From the human T2T-CHM13v2.0 reference genome, Homo sapiens, in the NCBI RefSeq assembly GCF_009914755.1, contig NC_060947.1: a stretch of DNA of 64,000 nt; one strand, written 5' to 3'. Under the pieces are notes generated by a model that had not been told where the DNA came from, did not search any database, and saw nothing but the letters and a program-made list of their open reading frames with translations. Position numbers and translations under genes: made by a program. Positions 13,855 through 32,474 of this stretch are shown one piece after another. The stretch's first letter is position 1. Each line of letters begins with the position of its first letter.

Positions 13855-14061
13855 TGGGGTCATTTTAGATCAAACAGTAATTAGTTTGACAACCACCTGA
13901 TCATCGCTATGTGATAGAGTCTATCAGAGATAAGAAAAGATATTCTAGACATGAAAAATTTCTCAACAGACCAACAGAATCTAGGGCTAAATAAAATGGC
14001 TGTTGTTTTAATCCACTAAATTTTGGGCTAGTTTGTTATGCTGCACAATCTAACTGATGCA
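13855..14061 (+). mobile_element. MLT1 LTR 3' part
   Basis: aataaaatggctgttgttttaatccactaaattttggg...tttgttatgctgca...aactgatgca MaLR terminus. Confidence 0.7.
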
Positions 14062-14909
14062 AACTGGAAAAGAGACAACAGATACCTGGAGATTAGAAAT
14101 GGGACAAAATTTGATAGGTCTCATAATCTGCATAGACCACAAACATAGTCTATGGTAACACCCCAAAATGATAGTGCACATAGTGAAGCACAGAAGCAGA
14201 TAATTTCTTTATGTCCAAGGGATTATAGAGGTCTTGGACAATATAGATGATAACCAAACTTACAAGGAATTAAATTCTAGTCCCCCCCACCCCGGCTTTT
14301 CTAGCATTATGCATCTGAATGCTGGTATAATTCTAGGGGTAGTGTAAAATATCCAATTATTAGTGAAATTGATTTTCTCACTACTTTGGTGGAATCTTTG
14401 ATATAAACTCAAATATAGATTTGAGTTTATTAAAAAATTTTTAACTTCTGATTTTGCACAAGGATTGCATTGAATTATAGAGGGTTATCATTACAAACTT
14501 ACTTAGCAAATTACCATCTTCTTTCCCAAGAAGGGAGTAATGCTAAAACATATTTTGTTATATATTATCTTCTGTTTACTTGGGTCATGCATTTTTCTAA
14601 TCAATCCAAATATAAAACTTTGCAGGTCCAGTGCCTTGCTGATAGCAGTAATGACATTTATAGCACCTAGTTAATGGAATTATAAAGAGAACTCTGTTAT
14701 ACCATAATGATTCAGATGTCTGGAGGGTTTTATATTTTTTAAAAAAACTTCCTTTGAGAATTACAACCCATTCCATTTAATTTTCTATACATCATCCATC
14801 TAGAATCCATGATACTTGGCTGCTTCTTTATGCGTGTCCATAAGTTTCAAATGATAAAAATAGAATAATTATGTGTCAGAAACATTTTACCTGAAAACGT
14901 ACATCTGAT

Positions 14910-15160
14910 GGAAAGCATAGTGATTAAGAGTGTAAAGGGTAGAGTCAGGCTGCCTATGTCAGAACTAAGGCCCCAAGACTCAGTTCTGGTGACCTTAGGA
15001 AAGTCACTTAACTCTCTATATCAGTATCCTTATCTATAAGTAGGGATATCTGTAGTCCTACCTTATAAACTTGTTGTGATAACTAAGCCTTTATATGAAA
15101 AAAGCATTTAAAATATTATCTAATAGTAAGCATTGTAGAAGTGTTGCTTACTATTATTGT
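14910..15160 (+). mobile_element. MIR SINE
   Basis: agcatagtgattaagag...gtgaccttaggaaagtcacttaactctct core. Confidence 0.75.
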
Positions 15161-15931
15161 CATATAATTCCCTAGTTCTTATATGATCTTTAATGCAAGA
15201 AAATCTTCATTTGAGTACTAGAAAATAATTGACCAATTTATAATTATAAATTATCAAATCAAGATATTCCAAATAACTATTATGGGCCTAGGAGTATGAT
15301 AAGAATTAGCGGGAGTGCTTGTGCCTAAAATACGGTTTTTGCTGTCAAGAAGCTAAGATCAGAGAAATGACATAATTAAACATTTTCCACTCCTAATATA
15401 GACAACTAAGCTCTGGTGATGTAGAGAGGGAAAATATGTGATACTTATCCTGATGGAGAATCTAAATAAAAAGATAAACCCATAAGATATATGTTAAATT
15501 TCTAATAAGCTGTAAAAAACTAGGTAATATAGAGTTACAGAAAGTGAGTGTGGTGAAGAAAATTTTACAAAATAAGTACAACTCATGACAAGTTAAAGAA
15601 TATATTACATATAAGTACTAAATGAGTGGTAGCAACAGTAAGAGATTATTAGACTACCAGCAGCCTGAAGATTGCATTGCAGAGGATTCTGTGAGGACAG
15701 GTATGGTGGTTTCTCACACATAAGGTCAAGAAGAGTTTGGTCTTCTGGTGTTGTACATAGAAATAAATACGAAGGGAAGATAAAAAATATTTCAAAGAAG
15801 CGTCTTCCATGGTATCATATATGATTCTAAAATTTCAAGACTAAGAAACTGAGAGAATACTTACCCTGTTCATTATATGTTTCTTTCAGTTAAGTAGGAC
15901 TAAATAGATACATGTCAAAATGTTAATATTT

Positions 15932-15933
<2 letters not shown>

Positions 15934-15962
<29 letters not shown>

Positions 15963-15972
15963 CATGTGTGTG
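15934..15972. repeat. (TG)n microsatellite
   Basis: Direct. Confidence 0.95.
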
Positions 15973-16603
15973 AGCTTTTTAACATTTGCCTTTTTTTTTC
16001 CAAGGAGGACCCATATTACTTTCATGAGCAAAAATTATTTTACTAAGAAGTAATTGATTAACATTTTATTTTTTGCACAAGATGGTAGACAATCACAAAT
16101 GACACTTGATACACATTAGTTTTATTGTATTTCATTTAAATATGTCCAATACTTCTGTTATTCTAAGTAAAGCTGACATGCCAAATAGTTGAAATAAAAC
16201 AGAAAAGTCTTTTTTTCTAAATCTTGTTTGTTGACCACATGATCACTGCTGGAGATATCTCATAATCATGTAGTCTGATGCCACATACATCCAGATTCTT
16301 TAATCTCAACTGATTCTCCAGTGCCTATAACTCCCCTATGCATCTCTACTCAGTTCTTTCATATTCATCATAGCAGTGATTTAAACCTTTACCAGTCGCT
16401 TCAACTTCCTACTCCTTTCCTTTCTCCCTTACAATAGTGAGAAAGACCTCACTTTCTTTCTGCAAACAAACTTACATCTTTGTCTGCATCCATATGTGTA
16501 TCTTCTTCTGTCACATTGTAAGGGGTTTCTTTCTTCTTCTGTAAGGCTAATACCTTTCTCAAGTATAAGCCAGGTATTATTCTCTTCTGCTTTCACGATA
16601 ACA

Positions 16604-16823
16604 TTTTTTTTTTTTTTTTGAGATGGAGTCTCACTCTGTTAACCAGGCTGGAGTGCAGTGGCCCCATCTTGGCTCACTGTAACCACCTCCACCTCTTGGG
16701 TTTAGTAGAGACGGCGTTTCACCATGTTGGCCAGGCTGGTCTCGAACTCCCGACCTCAAGTGATCTGCCTGCCTCAGCCTCCCAAAGTGCTAGGATTACA
16801 GGCATGAGCCACCACGCCTGGCC
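16604..16823 (-). mobile_element. AluS with an internal deletion of ~75 bp spanning part of the right arm and the linker
   Basis: ...cctcttgggtt|tagtagagacgg junction; TSD-like tca(c)gataac on both sides. Confidence 0.88.
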
Positions 16824-16908
16824 CTCAGATAACTTTTTAAAGATCATCCCCTCCCCCGTCTTTACCTTCAATACTTTATTTTCTAAAGCATCCCTCTCTA
16901 ATGCTTTT

Positions 16909-17077
16909 GTGTGTGTGTGTGTGTGTGCAACTGGGTCTCACTCTGTCACCCAGGCTACAATGCAGTGACACCATCATGGCTCACTGCAGCCGCAATCTCC
17001 TGGCCTCAAGACATCCTCCTGCCTTAGGCTCCTTAGTAGCTGGGATTACAGGTGTGTGTGAGCCACTGTGCCCGGCC
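16909..17077 (-). mobile_element. FRAM-like free Alu monomer with (TG)n tail
   Basis: Single monomer gggtctcactctgtcacccagg...gagccactgtgcccggcc. Confidence 0.8.
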
Positions 17078-17292
17078 CCCTCATGGCTTTTAATATGCTC
17101 AACTTTCACCTCATCAAAAATAACTTATCCTCTAGTTGCTAACCTTTCTCCTTTATATAGCTAAACTTTTGAAAGTTATTTCTTTACTTACTATATCCAC
17201 ATTCTTTCAGCTATTCAAATCTGCCTGTCTCTTTAGAGATACCACTGAAACTACTCTGATAAATACCCCCCCAATATTTGTATTATTACATA

Positions 17293-19726
<2,434 letters not shown>

Positions 19727-21209
19727 TAATAATCACTTTCTAATTTCTGTATTTCTGTTTTTAATTTTAATTTCCGGGTATATGTGCAGGATGTGCAGCT
19801 TTGTTACATAGGTAAATGTGTGCCATGGTGGTTTGCTGCACTTACCACCCCATCACCTAGATATTAAGCCCAACATTCATTAGCTATTTTCCCCGATGTT
19901 CTCCTGCCCCCTGATCCCCTTGATAGGCCTCAGTGTGTGTTGTTCTCCTCCTTGTGTCCATGTGTTCTCATTCAGCTCCCACTTATGAGTGAGAACATGC
20001 AGCATTTGGTTTTCTGTTCCAGCATTAGTTTGCTGAGGATAATGGCTTCCAGATGCATTCATTTCCCTACAAAGGACATGATCTCATTCCTTTATACGCA
20101 ATCCCAGCCTTGCATCCCGGGGATGAAGCTGACCTGATCATGGCATAGTATTTCATGGTGTATATCTACCAGATTTTCTTTATCAAGTCTATCATTGATG
20201 GACATTTGGGCTGATTCCATGTCTTTGCTATTGTGAATAGTGCTGCAGTGAGCATGCACGTGGATGTATCTTTATAATAGAATGATTTATATGCCTTTGG
20301 GTACATATCCAGTAATGGAATTGCTGGGTCAAGTGGTATTTCTGGTTCTAAGTCTTTGAGGAATCACCACACGTCTTCCATGATGGTTGAACTAATTTAC
20401 ATTCCCACCAACAGTGTAAAAGCATTTCTACGTCTCTGCAGCCTTGCCAGCATCTGTTGTTTCTTGACTTTTTAATACTCGCCATTCTGACAGGCATAAG
20501 ATGGTATTTCATTGTGGTTTTGATTTTCATTTATCTAATAATCAGTGATGTTGAGTTTTTTCTTCATATGTTTGTTGGCTGCATAACAGTCTTCTTTTGA
20601 GACGTGTCTCTTTCTATTCTTTGCCCACTTTTTAATGGGGTTGTTTGTTTCTAACTTGTAAATGTGTTTAAGTTCCTTTTAAATTCTGGATATTAGACTT
20701 TTGTCAGATGGATAGATGATTGTAAAAATTGTCTCCCATTTTCTAGGTTGTCTGATCACTCCAGTGACAGTTTCTTTTGCTGTGAAGAAGCTCTTTAGTT
20801 TAATTGGATCCCATTTGTTAGTTTTTGTTTTTGTTGCAATTGCTTTTGAAATTTTTGTCATGAAATTTTTCATGTGCCTATATCCTGAATGGTATTGCCT
20901 AGGTTTTTTTCTAGGGTTTTATAGTTTAGCGTTTTACATTTAAGTCTTTACTCCATCTTGATTTTTGTATAAGGCTTAAGGGAGGGGTCCAGTTTTAATT
21001 TTCTGCATATGGTTAACCAGTTCTCCCAGCACCATTTATTAAATAGAGAATCCTTTCCCCATTGCTTGTTTTTGTCAGGTTTGTCAAAGATCAGATGGTT
21101 GTAGATGTGCAGTCTTATTTCTGAGTTCTCTATTGTGTTCCATTGGTCTATATTTCTGTTTTTGTACCAGTACCATGCTGTTTTGGTTACTATACCCTTT
21201 TAGTATAGT

Positions 21210-23458
<2,249 letters not shown>

Positions 23459-26400
23459 ATATAGCATGATGCCTGCAGCTTTGTTCTTTTTGCTTTGGAT
23501 TGTTGTGGCTATACAAGTTGTTTTTTGTTTCCATATGAATTTTAAAATAGTATTTTCTAATTCTGTGAAGAATATCAATGGTAGTTTAATGGGAATACCA
23601 TTGAATCTCAAAATTACTTTGGGCAGTATGGCTATTTTCACCATATTGATTCTTTCTATCCACGAGCATGGAATGTTTGTTTTTCCATTTGTTTGTGTCT
23701 CCTCTGATTTCCTCGAGCAGTGGTTTGTAGTTCTCCTTGAAGAGGTTCTTCACTTCCCTTGTTAGCTGTATACTTAGGTATTTTATTCCCTTTGCTGCAA
23801 TTGTGAATGGGAGTTCATTCATGATTTGGCTTTCTGCTTGTCTGTTGTTGGTGTATAGGAATGATTGTGATTTTTGCACATTTATTTTGTATCCTGAAAC
23901 TTTGCTGAAGTTGCTTATCAGTTAAGAATCTTTGGGCTGAGATGATAGGTTTTTCTAGATATTGGATCACGTCATCTGCAAACAGAGACAATTTAACTTT
24001 CTCTTTCTGTTTGAATATGCTTTATTTCTTTCTCTTACCTGATTGCCCTGGCCAGAACTTCTAATACTATGTTGAATAGGAGTGGTGGGAGAGGGCATTC
24101 CTGTGTTGTTATGGCTTTCAAGGGGAATGTTTCCAGCTTTTTCCCATTAAGTATGATATTGGCTGTAGGTTTGTCATAAATGGTTCTTATTATACTGAAG
24201 TATGTCCCTTCCATACCTAGTTTATTGAGAGTTTTTAATATGAAGGGATGTTGAATTTTATTAAGGACCTTTTCTGCATATATTGAGATAATCATGTGGT
24301 TTTTGTCTTTAGTTGTGTTTATGTGATTAATTATGTTTATTGATTTGTGTATGTTGAACCAGTCTTGCATCCTGGGGATGCAGCTGACTTGATGATGGTA
24401 GATAAACTTTTGATGTGTTATTGGATTCAGTCTGCCAATATCTTGTTGAGGATTTTTACATCAATGTTCATCAGAAATATTGGCCTGAAGTTTTCCTTTT
24501 CTGTTGCATCTCTTCCAGGTTTTTGTATCAGGATGATCCTGGCCTCATAATGAGGTACAGAGAAGTCACTCCTTTTCTTGTTTGGAATAGTTTCAGGAGA
24601 AAAAGTAGCAGCTACTATTTGTACCTCTTGTAGAATTCAGCTGTAAATTTGTTTGGTCCTGTGTTTTTTTGTTGTTGTTTGGTAGGCTATTTATTATTGC
24701 CTCAATTTTAGAGCTCATTATTGGTCTTTTCAGGGATTCGAATTCTTCCTGGTTCAAACTTGGGAGGGTATGTGTCCAGGTATTTATTCATTTCTTCTAG
24801 ATTTTCTAGTTTATGTGCATTGAAGTGTTTATAGTATTCTCTGATCGTTGTTTGTATTCCTGTGGGGTCAGTGGTGATATACACTTTATCATTTTTTTAT
24901 TGTGTCTAATTTCTTCTTTTTTTTTCTTCTTTATTAATCTAGCTAGCAGTGTATCTATTTTATTATTTTTTTCATAAAATCAGCTCCTGGATTTGTTGAT
25001 TTTTTTGAAGGATTTTTCATGTTTTATCTCCTTCATTTTCACTCTGATCTTGGTTATTTATTGTCTTCTGCTAGCTTTGGGGTTTGTTTGCTCTTGATTC
25101 TCTACTTCTTTTAGTTTGGTATCAGGCTCTGGGGTCAGCATGATGCTGGCCTCATAACATGAATTAGGGAGAAATTATGTTAGGATGTTGATCTGAGATA
25201 TTTCTAACTTTTTGCTGTGGGCATTTAGTGCTACAAATGTATCTCTTAACACTGCTTTAGCTGCGTCATACAGATTCTGGTACAATGTCTCTATGTTCTC
25301 ATTAGTCTCAAGGAACTTCTTGATTTCTGCCTTAATTTCATTATTTACCTAGGAGTCATTCAGGAGCAGGTTGTTCAATTTCCATGTAGTTGTGTGGTTT
25401 TGAGTGAGTTTCTTAATCTTGAATTCTAATTGGATTGTGTTGCGGTCTGAGAGACTGCTTGGTATTATTTCAGTTCTTTTTCATTTGCTGAAGAGTATTT
25501 TACTTCAAATTATATGATAAATGTTAGAGTTAAGTGTCTCACGGTGCTGAGAAGAATGTATATTCTGTTGTTTTTGGGTGGAGAGTTTTGTAGATATCCG
25601 TCAGGTCCACTTGATCCACAGCTGAGTTCAAGTCCTGAATATCTTTTTTAATTTTCTGTCTTGATGATATGTCTAATATTGACAGTAGGGTGTTAAAGTC
25701 TCCAACTTTATTTGTGTAGGAATCTAAGTATTTTTGTAGGTCTCTAAGAACTTGTTTTATGAATCTGGATGCTCCTGTATTAGGTCCATGTATATTTAGA
25801 TTAGTTAGCTCTTCTTGTTGAATTGAATCCTTTACCACTATATATTGCCTGTCTTTGTCTTTTTTGATCTTTGTTCATTTAGAGTCTGTTTTGTGAGAAA
25901 CTAGGATTGCAACCCCTGCTTCTTTATGCTTTCAATTTGCTTGATAGATTTTCCTCCATCCCTTTATTTTGAATCTAAGTGTGTCTTTGCACATGAGAAG
26001 GGTCTCATGAAGACAGCACAACAATGGGTCTTGACTCTTTATTCAGCTTACCATTCTGTGTCTTTTATTTGGGTCATTTAGCCCATTTATATTTGAGGTT
26101 AATATTGTTATATTTTAATGTGACCCATCCTATCATTATGATGCTAGCTGGTTATTTTTAAGACTTGACTTGTTAATGTAGTTGCTTCATAGTGTCATTG
26201 GTCTGTGTACTTCAGTGTGTTTTTATAGTGGCTGGTAATGGTTTTTCTTTCCATATTTAGCGCTTCCTTCAACAGCTCTTGTAAGGCAGGCCTGGTGGTG
26301 ATTATTTCCCTCACCAATAGATTGTCTGAAAAGAATCTTATTTCTCCTTTACTTATGAAGCTTAGTGTGGCCAATATGAAATTCTGGGTTGGAAATTCTT

Positions 26401-28397
26401 TTCTTTAAGAATGTTGAATATGGGACCCAATCTCTTCTGGCTTACAGGGTTTTTGCTGAGAAGCCTGCTGTTATTCTGATGAGATTCCCTTTGTAGGTGA
26501 ACTGGCCATTTTCTCTGGCTGCCCTTAACATTTTTTCCTTCATTCCGACTTTTGAGAATCTGATAATTAGCTGTATTGAGGTTGATCTTGTCATGGCATA
26601 TCTTACAGGGATTCTCTGGATTTCCTGAATTTGAATGTTGGCCTGTCTTGCTAGTTTGGGGAAGTTCTCCTGGATGATAACCTGAAGTATGTTTTCCAAT
26701 TTGGTTCCATTCTCTCTGTGTCTTTCAAGTACACCAGTCAGTCATAGGTTCAGTCTTTTTACATAATTTCATAGTTCTCAGAGGTTTTGTGTATTAACCT
26801 TTAATTCTTTCTTTTTTTCTCTATTCTTGTCTGTTTGTCTTATGCCAGCAAGATATTCTTCAAGCTCTGAAATTTTTTCCTCCACCTGGTCTATTTGACT
26901 ATTGATACTTGTTATTGCATTATGAAGTTCTTGTGTTATATTTTTCAGCTCCATTAGGTCATGTATGTTCCTCTCTAAACTGGTTATTTTGGTTAACAAT
27001 TCCTGTAATGTTTTATCATGGTTCTCAACTTCTTCGCATTGGTTTAGAACATACTCCTTTAGCTAAGCAAAGTTTGTTATTACCCAACTTCTAAAGCATA
27101 CTTCTGCCATTTCATTTATCTCAGCCTTAGTCCAGTTCTGTGCTCTTGTTGGAGAGGTGTTGTGATCATTTGGAGAAGAGGCATTCTGGTTTTTTTGGTT
27201 TTCAGCGTTTTTGCATTGGTTCTTTCTCATCTTTGTGAGCTTATCCACCTTCAATCTTTGAGGCTGCTGATCTTTGGATGGGGTCTTTGTGGGGGTCTCT
27301 TTTTGTTGATGTTGTTGTTGCTTTCTGTTTGTTTGTTTTTTCTTTTAACAACAGCCAGGCCCCTCTTCCATAGCGATTCTGCAGTTTTATGGGGGTCTGC
27401 TGGAGACCCTATTCTCCTGGGGCCCTCCTCCTTCCTCTGGGAACTCCATCCCAGAGGGGCAGTGACCTAATGCCAGTGGGAACACTCCTGTATGAAGTGT
27501 CTCGCGACGCCAGTTGGGGGTCTCACCTAATCGGGAGGCACAGGATCACAGACTCACTTAACACAGCACTCTGGCTGCCCCTTGGTGGAGCGGGTGCACT
27601 GTGATGGGGGAAATCCACCTCCTCCTGACTTCCCGGCCTCTTCAGAGCCAGCAGGCAGCAGAGACTAAAGTCCACTGAACCACGGAGACCACGGACACTT
27701 CCCCCCAGGGGCTCCATCAGAGGTAGATCAGAGTTCTGTCCATAAACCCCAGGCTGAAGTTGCTGAAATTCCCGCAGGGAGGCGCTGCCTGGTGAGAAAG
27801 AATGGATCCAAATAAGCAGTCTGGCCATGATCTGCTACAGCCACTGTGCTGCTCTGTGGGGAATTCCTCTTAGTTCAAATCGCCCAATCTCCCTGGCACC
27901 AGCAGGGGAAAACGACCAACTGGAGCTTCAGTGATGACAGCTGCCTGTCCCCCCAGGAACTCGAAGGTCTTAGGCAGTCTCCAGCCTCCTGCTGCTGGTT
28001 GCAACCCAAGCGGCTGCCGAGCAGCTGCACAGCTCTGAGCTTGGAACCCAAGGCCCTGGCGGCATGGGCTCACTAGGGTACCTCCTGATTCGCAGGTTGC
28101 AGATATCCGTGGGAAAAGCATGGTTTCCTGGGTGGGGTAGCACAATCACTCACCACCTCCCTTGGCTGGGGGTGGGAGCTCTGCTTGCCCCATGTGGCTC
28201 CTGGGTGTGCCATCACTCCACCCTGCTTTTCCTCACTCTCCGTGGGTTAAGCCAACTGCCTAGTCAGTCCCACTGAGAGAACCTGGATACCTTAGCTGAA
28301 GGTGCAGGATTCACTCACCGCTTTTGTTCTTCTTGGTGGGAGTTGCTGATGGCAGTTGCTTCTAGTGGGCCATCTTGGCACCTTAACTTGTATTTCT

Positions 28398-29180
28398 TGA
28401 TGTCTAACAGCATTTGAGTATTGTCTATTCTTGTTTTACATTGTTTTCTATAAAACTCTTCTGTCTTTCATCTTATTTATATGGATATTCATATCTGCCT
28501 TACTTATTCTCAATTTTCTTTGCTGGCTTATCTTTCTCTATATATAAAATTATTTCTTAGGTCCACAGTTTATTTCACTTTGGGTACTCTTTCCTAGTTT
28601 CAGGCTTCAGTTACCCAATTCTATATCTCCAGCCCGGAACTTTATTCTCCTGAGTTCCAGATCTATGTATTTTTCTACTTAATGTCCTCTTCACCTGGGT
28701 GTTGCTCAGTCACCTATACCTCAAAATTTATCTGTCACTTTTATACGCCTATTTTTATGGGATCAGACAAGAGTAGTATGGAAAATAGATAATTAATTTT
28801 TAAGGCAGTTTTAAAAACGATAATTTTATATTTTAAATATTTACTTAAGAGAGTTTGTGCAAATTTCCAAAAACATTAAAAATATCAGTGAAAAGTTAGT
28901 TAGTTTCTCTCTTTTTTTCTGTAACTACTTAGTTTTTCACTCTAGGGATAATCATTTGACTAATTTGCTACAAATCCTTACAGAGATATCCAATGCATAT
29001 GCAAACATTTTAATTAAAGAGGTTGATCTGCTCCCCACCACAATTATTCAGCTATTCTTACTGAGTTGGTGTTATGAGCTCTTTGGGGTCATGATAAATG
29101 ACTTCACGATCTTCATATCCCAAATTCCTGGCACAGTGTATGGCACATAATAGGAACTCCATAAATACTAATTAAATAAA
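28398..29180 (+). mobile_element. L2 fragments (with an intervening old L1M piece) ending in an L2 3' tail
   Basis: atctccagcccggaac...tcctgagttccagat; cctggcacagtgtatggcacataatagg...aataaa. Confidence 0.6.
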
Positions 29181-31532
29181 GGATAAATTGTGCACTCTGC
29201 TAAAATCTGACAGTACACCAATAATCAGACAGATTAAGCAGTGATTACATTAATGCATAGTGAGTTTTCAGGAACAACTTGCCAATTATAATTGTATTGA
29301 TTTTAATTTAGCTGGGAATACGTTATTCAGTCTTACCCCAAGCTGTATATAATTTCGTCCATTGTACACTTTAATGTTTATAAGTATTAATAGTAACATT
29401 CAATCAAATTACTGTTATTTGAAATAAGCATATAAAGAGTAATGCTATAATCATTAATTAAGGTCACCAAGTTTATAGGAAATATAGCTGTTCAGATGGC
29501 AAGCTCCCCTGAATTTTAGTTTTAGTAGCTAGGGGGATAAAATAACAGTTTCCGGAGTACACTGGCCTTGAAAACTAAAACCAATAAAGTGGTGACAAAT
29601 ATCAATTGTCTTAAGATGATGATCTGAACCAGCCTAGTTAGAATATGTTGTGGTGTTCACTGAAGACATCTGATTAAACTTGCCTTTCTCCTTTATTTTT
29701 TATGTATAATTTAATTTGTTCTTATATTTACAAATCTGAAGAAAAAGTCCTTTAGTATTCACCTGATTTTTTTAGGTCACTAGGAGAATATAAAGCTATA
29801 ATGTGCTCTTAAAAAATCACAGATAGTAAACTCCAAGAGCACGAGTTTTTGTAGGCAGTTAACCCTTCATTCTTCATCCTCCCCAACTCCTCATAAATTA
29901 TTTACTTTACTTTAAAAAAATATTCATCATGCAAGAAACATAAGGAGAGAGGGCAGCAGCGTATTATGAAGGAGGAAAATATTGTTATTTGAGGACAGAT
30001 ATCACTTGGAAATGTAAAATGTACAGCTGTCCCTGATGTAAAAAGTATGTAGAAGTTGTGTTAAATGAAGCTTCCAAAGTTCCATGGAGACCTGGTCTCT
30101 GAAGTCTAGACATTCCATTATGTCACCCAACATAGCACAACTTGACCTTGTTCTTCATTATAGAGCATGTGACTTTTGAAATGCAGTCTCAATTAGTTTA
30201 GGGGACAAAAATACTAATTTCTAATTTAGCTCATTATACAGGGCCATCAGATTCCATCAATTATTTTCCAAATAATTTGTTCCCTTTTGTCAGATCCTTT
30301 TCTTCAACTTGACTTTCCTCTATCCAAATTGATTTATAAAGGAATAAAAAATAACAAAAACACACAAAAAAAATCCTTTGGGGCAGAAAATTTTTACATC
30401 AATTCTACATAAAGTTATTATTTTTTCTTTAATTTTAAAATACTGACATGAAATATTTTCCAGTGCCTCTGAGTTTTGTGAATTAAAGGATAAGGGATTC
30501 AGTACATATACTTGTGTGTGCATGTGTGTGTGTGTGCATTTGTGTGTATGCACATGTACCATATCTGTTCCTTTTTATCTATTCCAAAAAGAATTCAGTT
30601 TAAAAAATAGAAGTATACTGAATTATGGTTGTATCCAATATGACCACAATTGAAGAGTGGTGTCATCTGCTCCAGTAGTCATGAGAAGTTCATATTTTCC
30701 TACTAATTTTTCCTGGTATTTAATCTGTATCATATACCTGGTATTGCCTCTCTTAATAAAAAATTTTATTCTAGCTAAGAAAATACGCTGGATTATTTCG
30801 AAGAAACAGTATATTTAAATTCCCTGTGTACTGTACAGTGTTAATTCTCATCTAGGAAGAGGCCAGATTTGCACAAAGTGGTTCGGTTCAGAGTTACCAT
30901 TCTCTAAGTTAGTGTGCATATGCATGTATGTGTGCATGAATTTGTGCCTGCTTTTTCAAAAGGATCCCCAAGAGAGTCTAACAGAGTTCCTGTACCACTA
31001 CCCTCATCTAACGATATGCTGTTATTCAAGTTTGAAACAGTGCCTTGGAAACAATGTAGTTGGTCATCTCTACAGGTAAACAGAGGAAAACAAGAGGTGT
31101 CTTTGTGTTATCTAGACTTGCCCTGGCATAGACCAAACTCAGAGCTGGGCATGTTATACATACTACCAGCTCTGAAAATGTTTGAGAAAGAGAATGAAAG
31201 ACAACTAAAGAGAAAGACAATTCCAATGATGTTTTCTTAGGTAAGGAAGCAGATCACTGTTGAAATTTAAATTTTTAAAATATATGCCAATATTTCAAGT
31301 TTCCATTAAAAGAATTAGGGTGGGCATTAAGTTGAGAGGCTACTGAAGTAATATGGATGCAAAATGACTGTGTCTTTGACCATGGTAGTAACAGGGGAAG
31401 TAGTGAGAAATGGTCATATTCTGAACATAATATGAACATAGAACCAAAAGGATTTGCTGTGATATCTTATATGGCATATGAAATGGATAAAAGAAACCAA
31501 GACAACTTCAAGTTTTGGTACTAAGGGACACA

Positions 31533-32350
31533 ATGGAGTTATTGGGTTATATGGTAGTTGTAATTTTAATTTTTTAGGAACCTCCAAACTGTTTTTCTAA
31601 TGTCTGTACTCATTTACATTCCCACCAGCGGTGTACAAGTGTTCCCTTTTCTTCACATCCTCGCCATCACTTGTTATTTCTTATATTTTGATGATAGCCA
31701 TCCTACCAAGTAGGAGGTGATATCTCACAGTAGTTTTAATTTGGATTTCCATACTCAAAGCAAATGAAATCAGCACTGTGTAGGGTTATCTGTGCTTCCA
31801 TGTTCATTGCAGCATTATTCATAATAGCAAAGATATGAAAAACCTGTGTTCATTGATGGATGAAGGATAACAAAAATGTGTTATATTGTACAATAGAATG
31901 TTTGTTATTTAGCCTTAAAAAGAAGATCCTGCCATTTTCAGCAACATGGACATTACACTAAGGAAAATGAACCAGATGCAAAAAAGAAAATTCTGCATGT
32001 TCTCACTTATATGTGGAATTTTTTTAAAAAGTCAAATACATAGACATAGAGAGTGGAATAGAGGTTACCAGGATAGAGAGGAGGATGGAAATGGGGAGAT
32101 GGGAATCAAAGGGTATAAAGTTACAGTTATGCAGGATGAGTCTAGAGAGCTAATATGCCACATGAGGAGTAAAGTTAATAATATTGTGTTGTATACCAAA
32201 AATTTGCTAAAAGAGTAGAATTTAGGTTTCCTTATAAAAAAAAATAAGTAACAGTATGAGATTATAGACATGTTAATTTGCTTGATTGTAGTATTATTTC
32301 ACTATTTATGTATATCATTATCTTGCACACCTTAAAATGTACAATAAAAA
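31533..32350 (+). mobile_element. L1MA-like 3' end with a 5' inversion (31533-31750 inverted), inside L2 remnants
   Basis: Antisense ORF2 C-terminal piece then sense atactcaaagcaaatgaaatcagc...aataaaaa; breakpoints adjacent in the L1 consensus. Confidence 0.8.
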
Positions 32351-32474
32351 GTATAGAATAGCATGACCATTAACCGAGTTAGGGAAGCCTAGTGGAGGAG
32401 CAGGCTTTTGATTTAATAGCTTTCACCACATTAAGTTTGAAAAGAGTTTGAAGTTAATCTAAATAACTTAAGTC

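Noticed and set aside
27162-28276. Second GC-rich ORF cluster
   Set aside because: 5' UTR of the L1PA10-like element.
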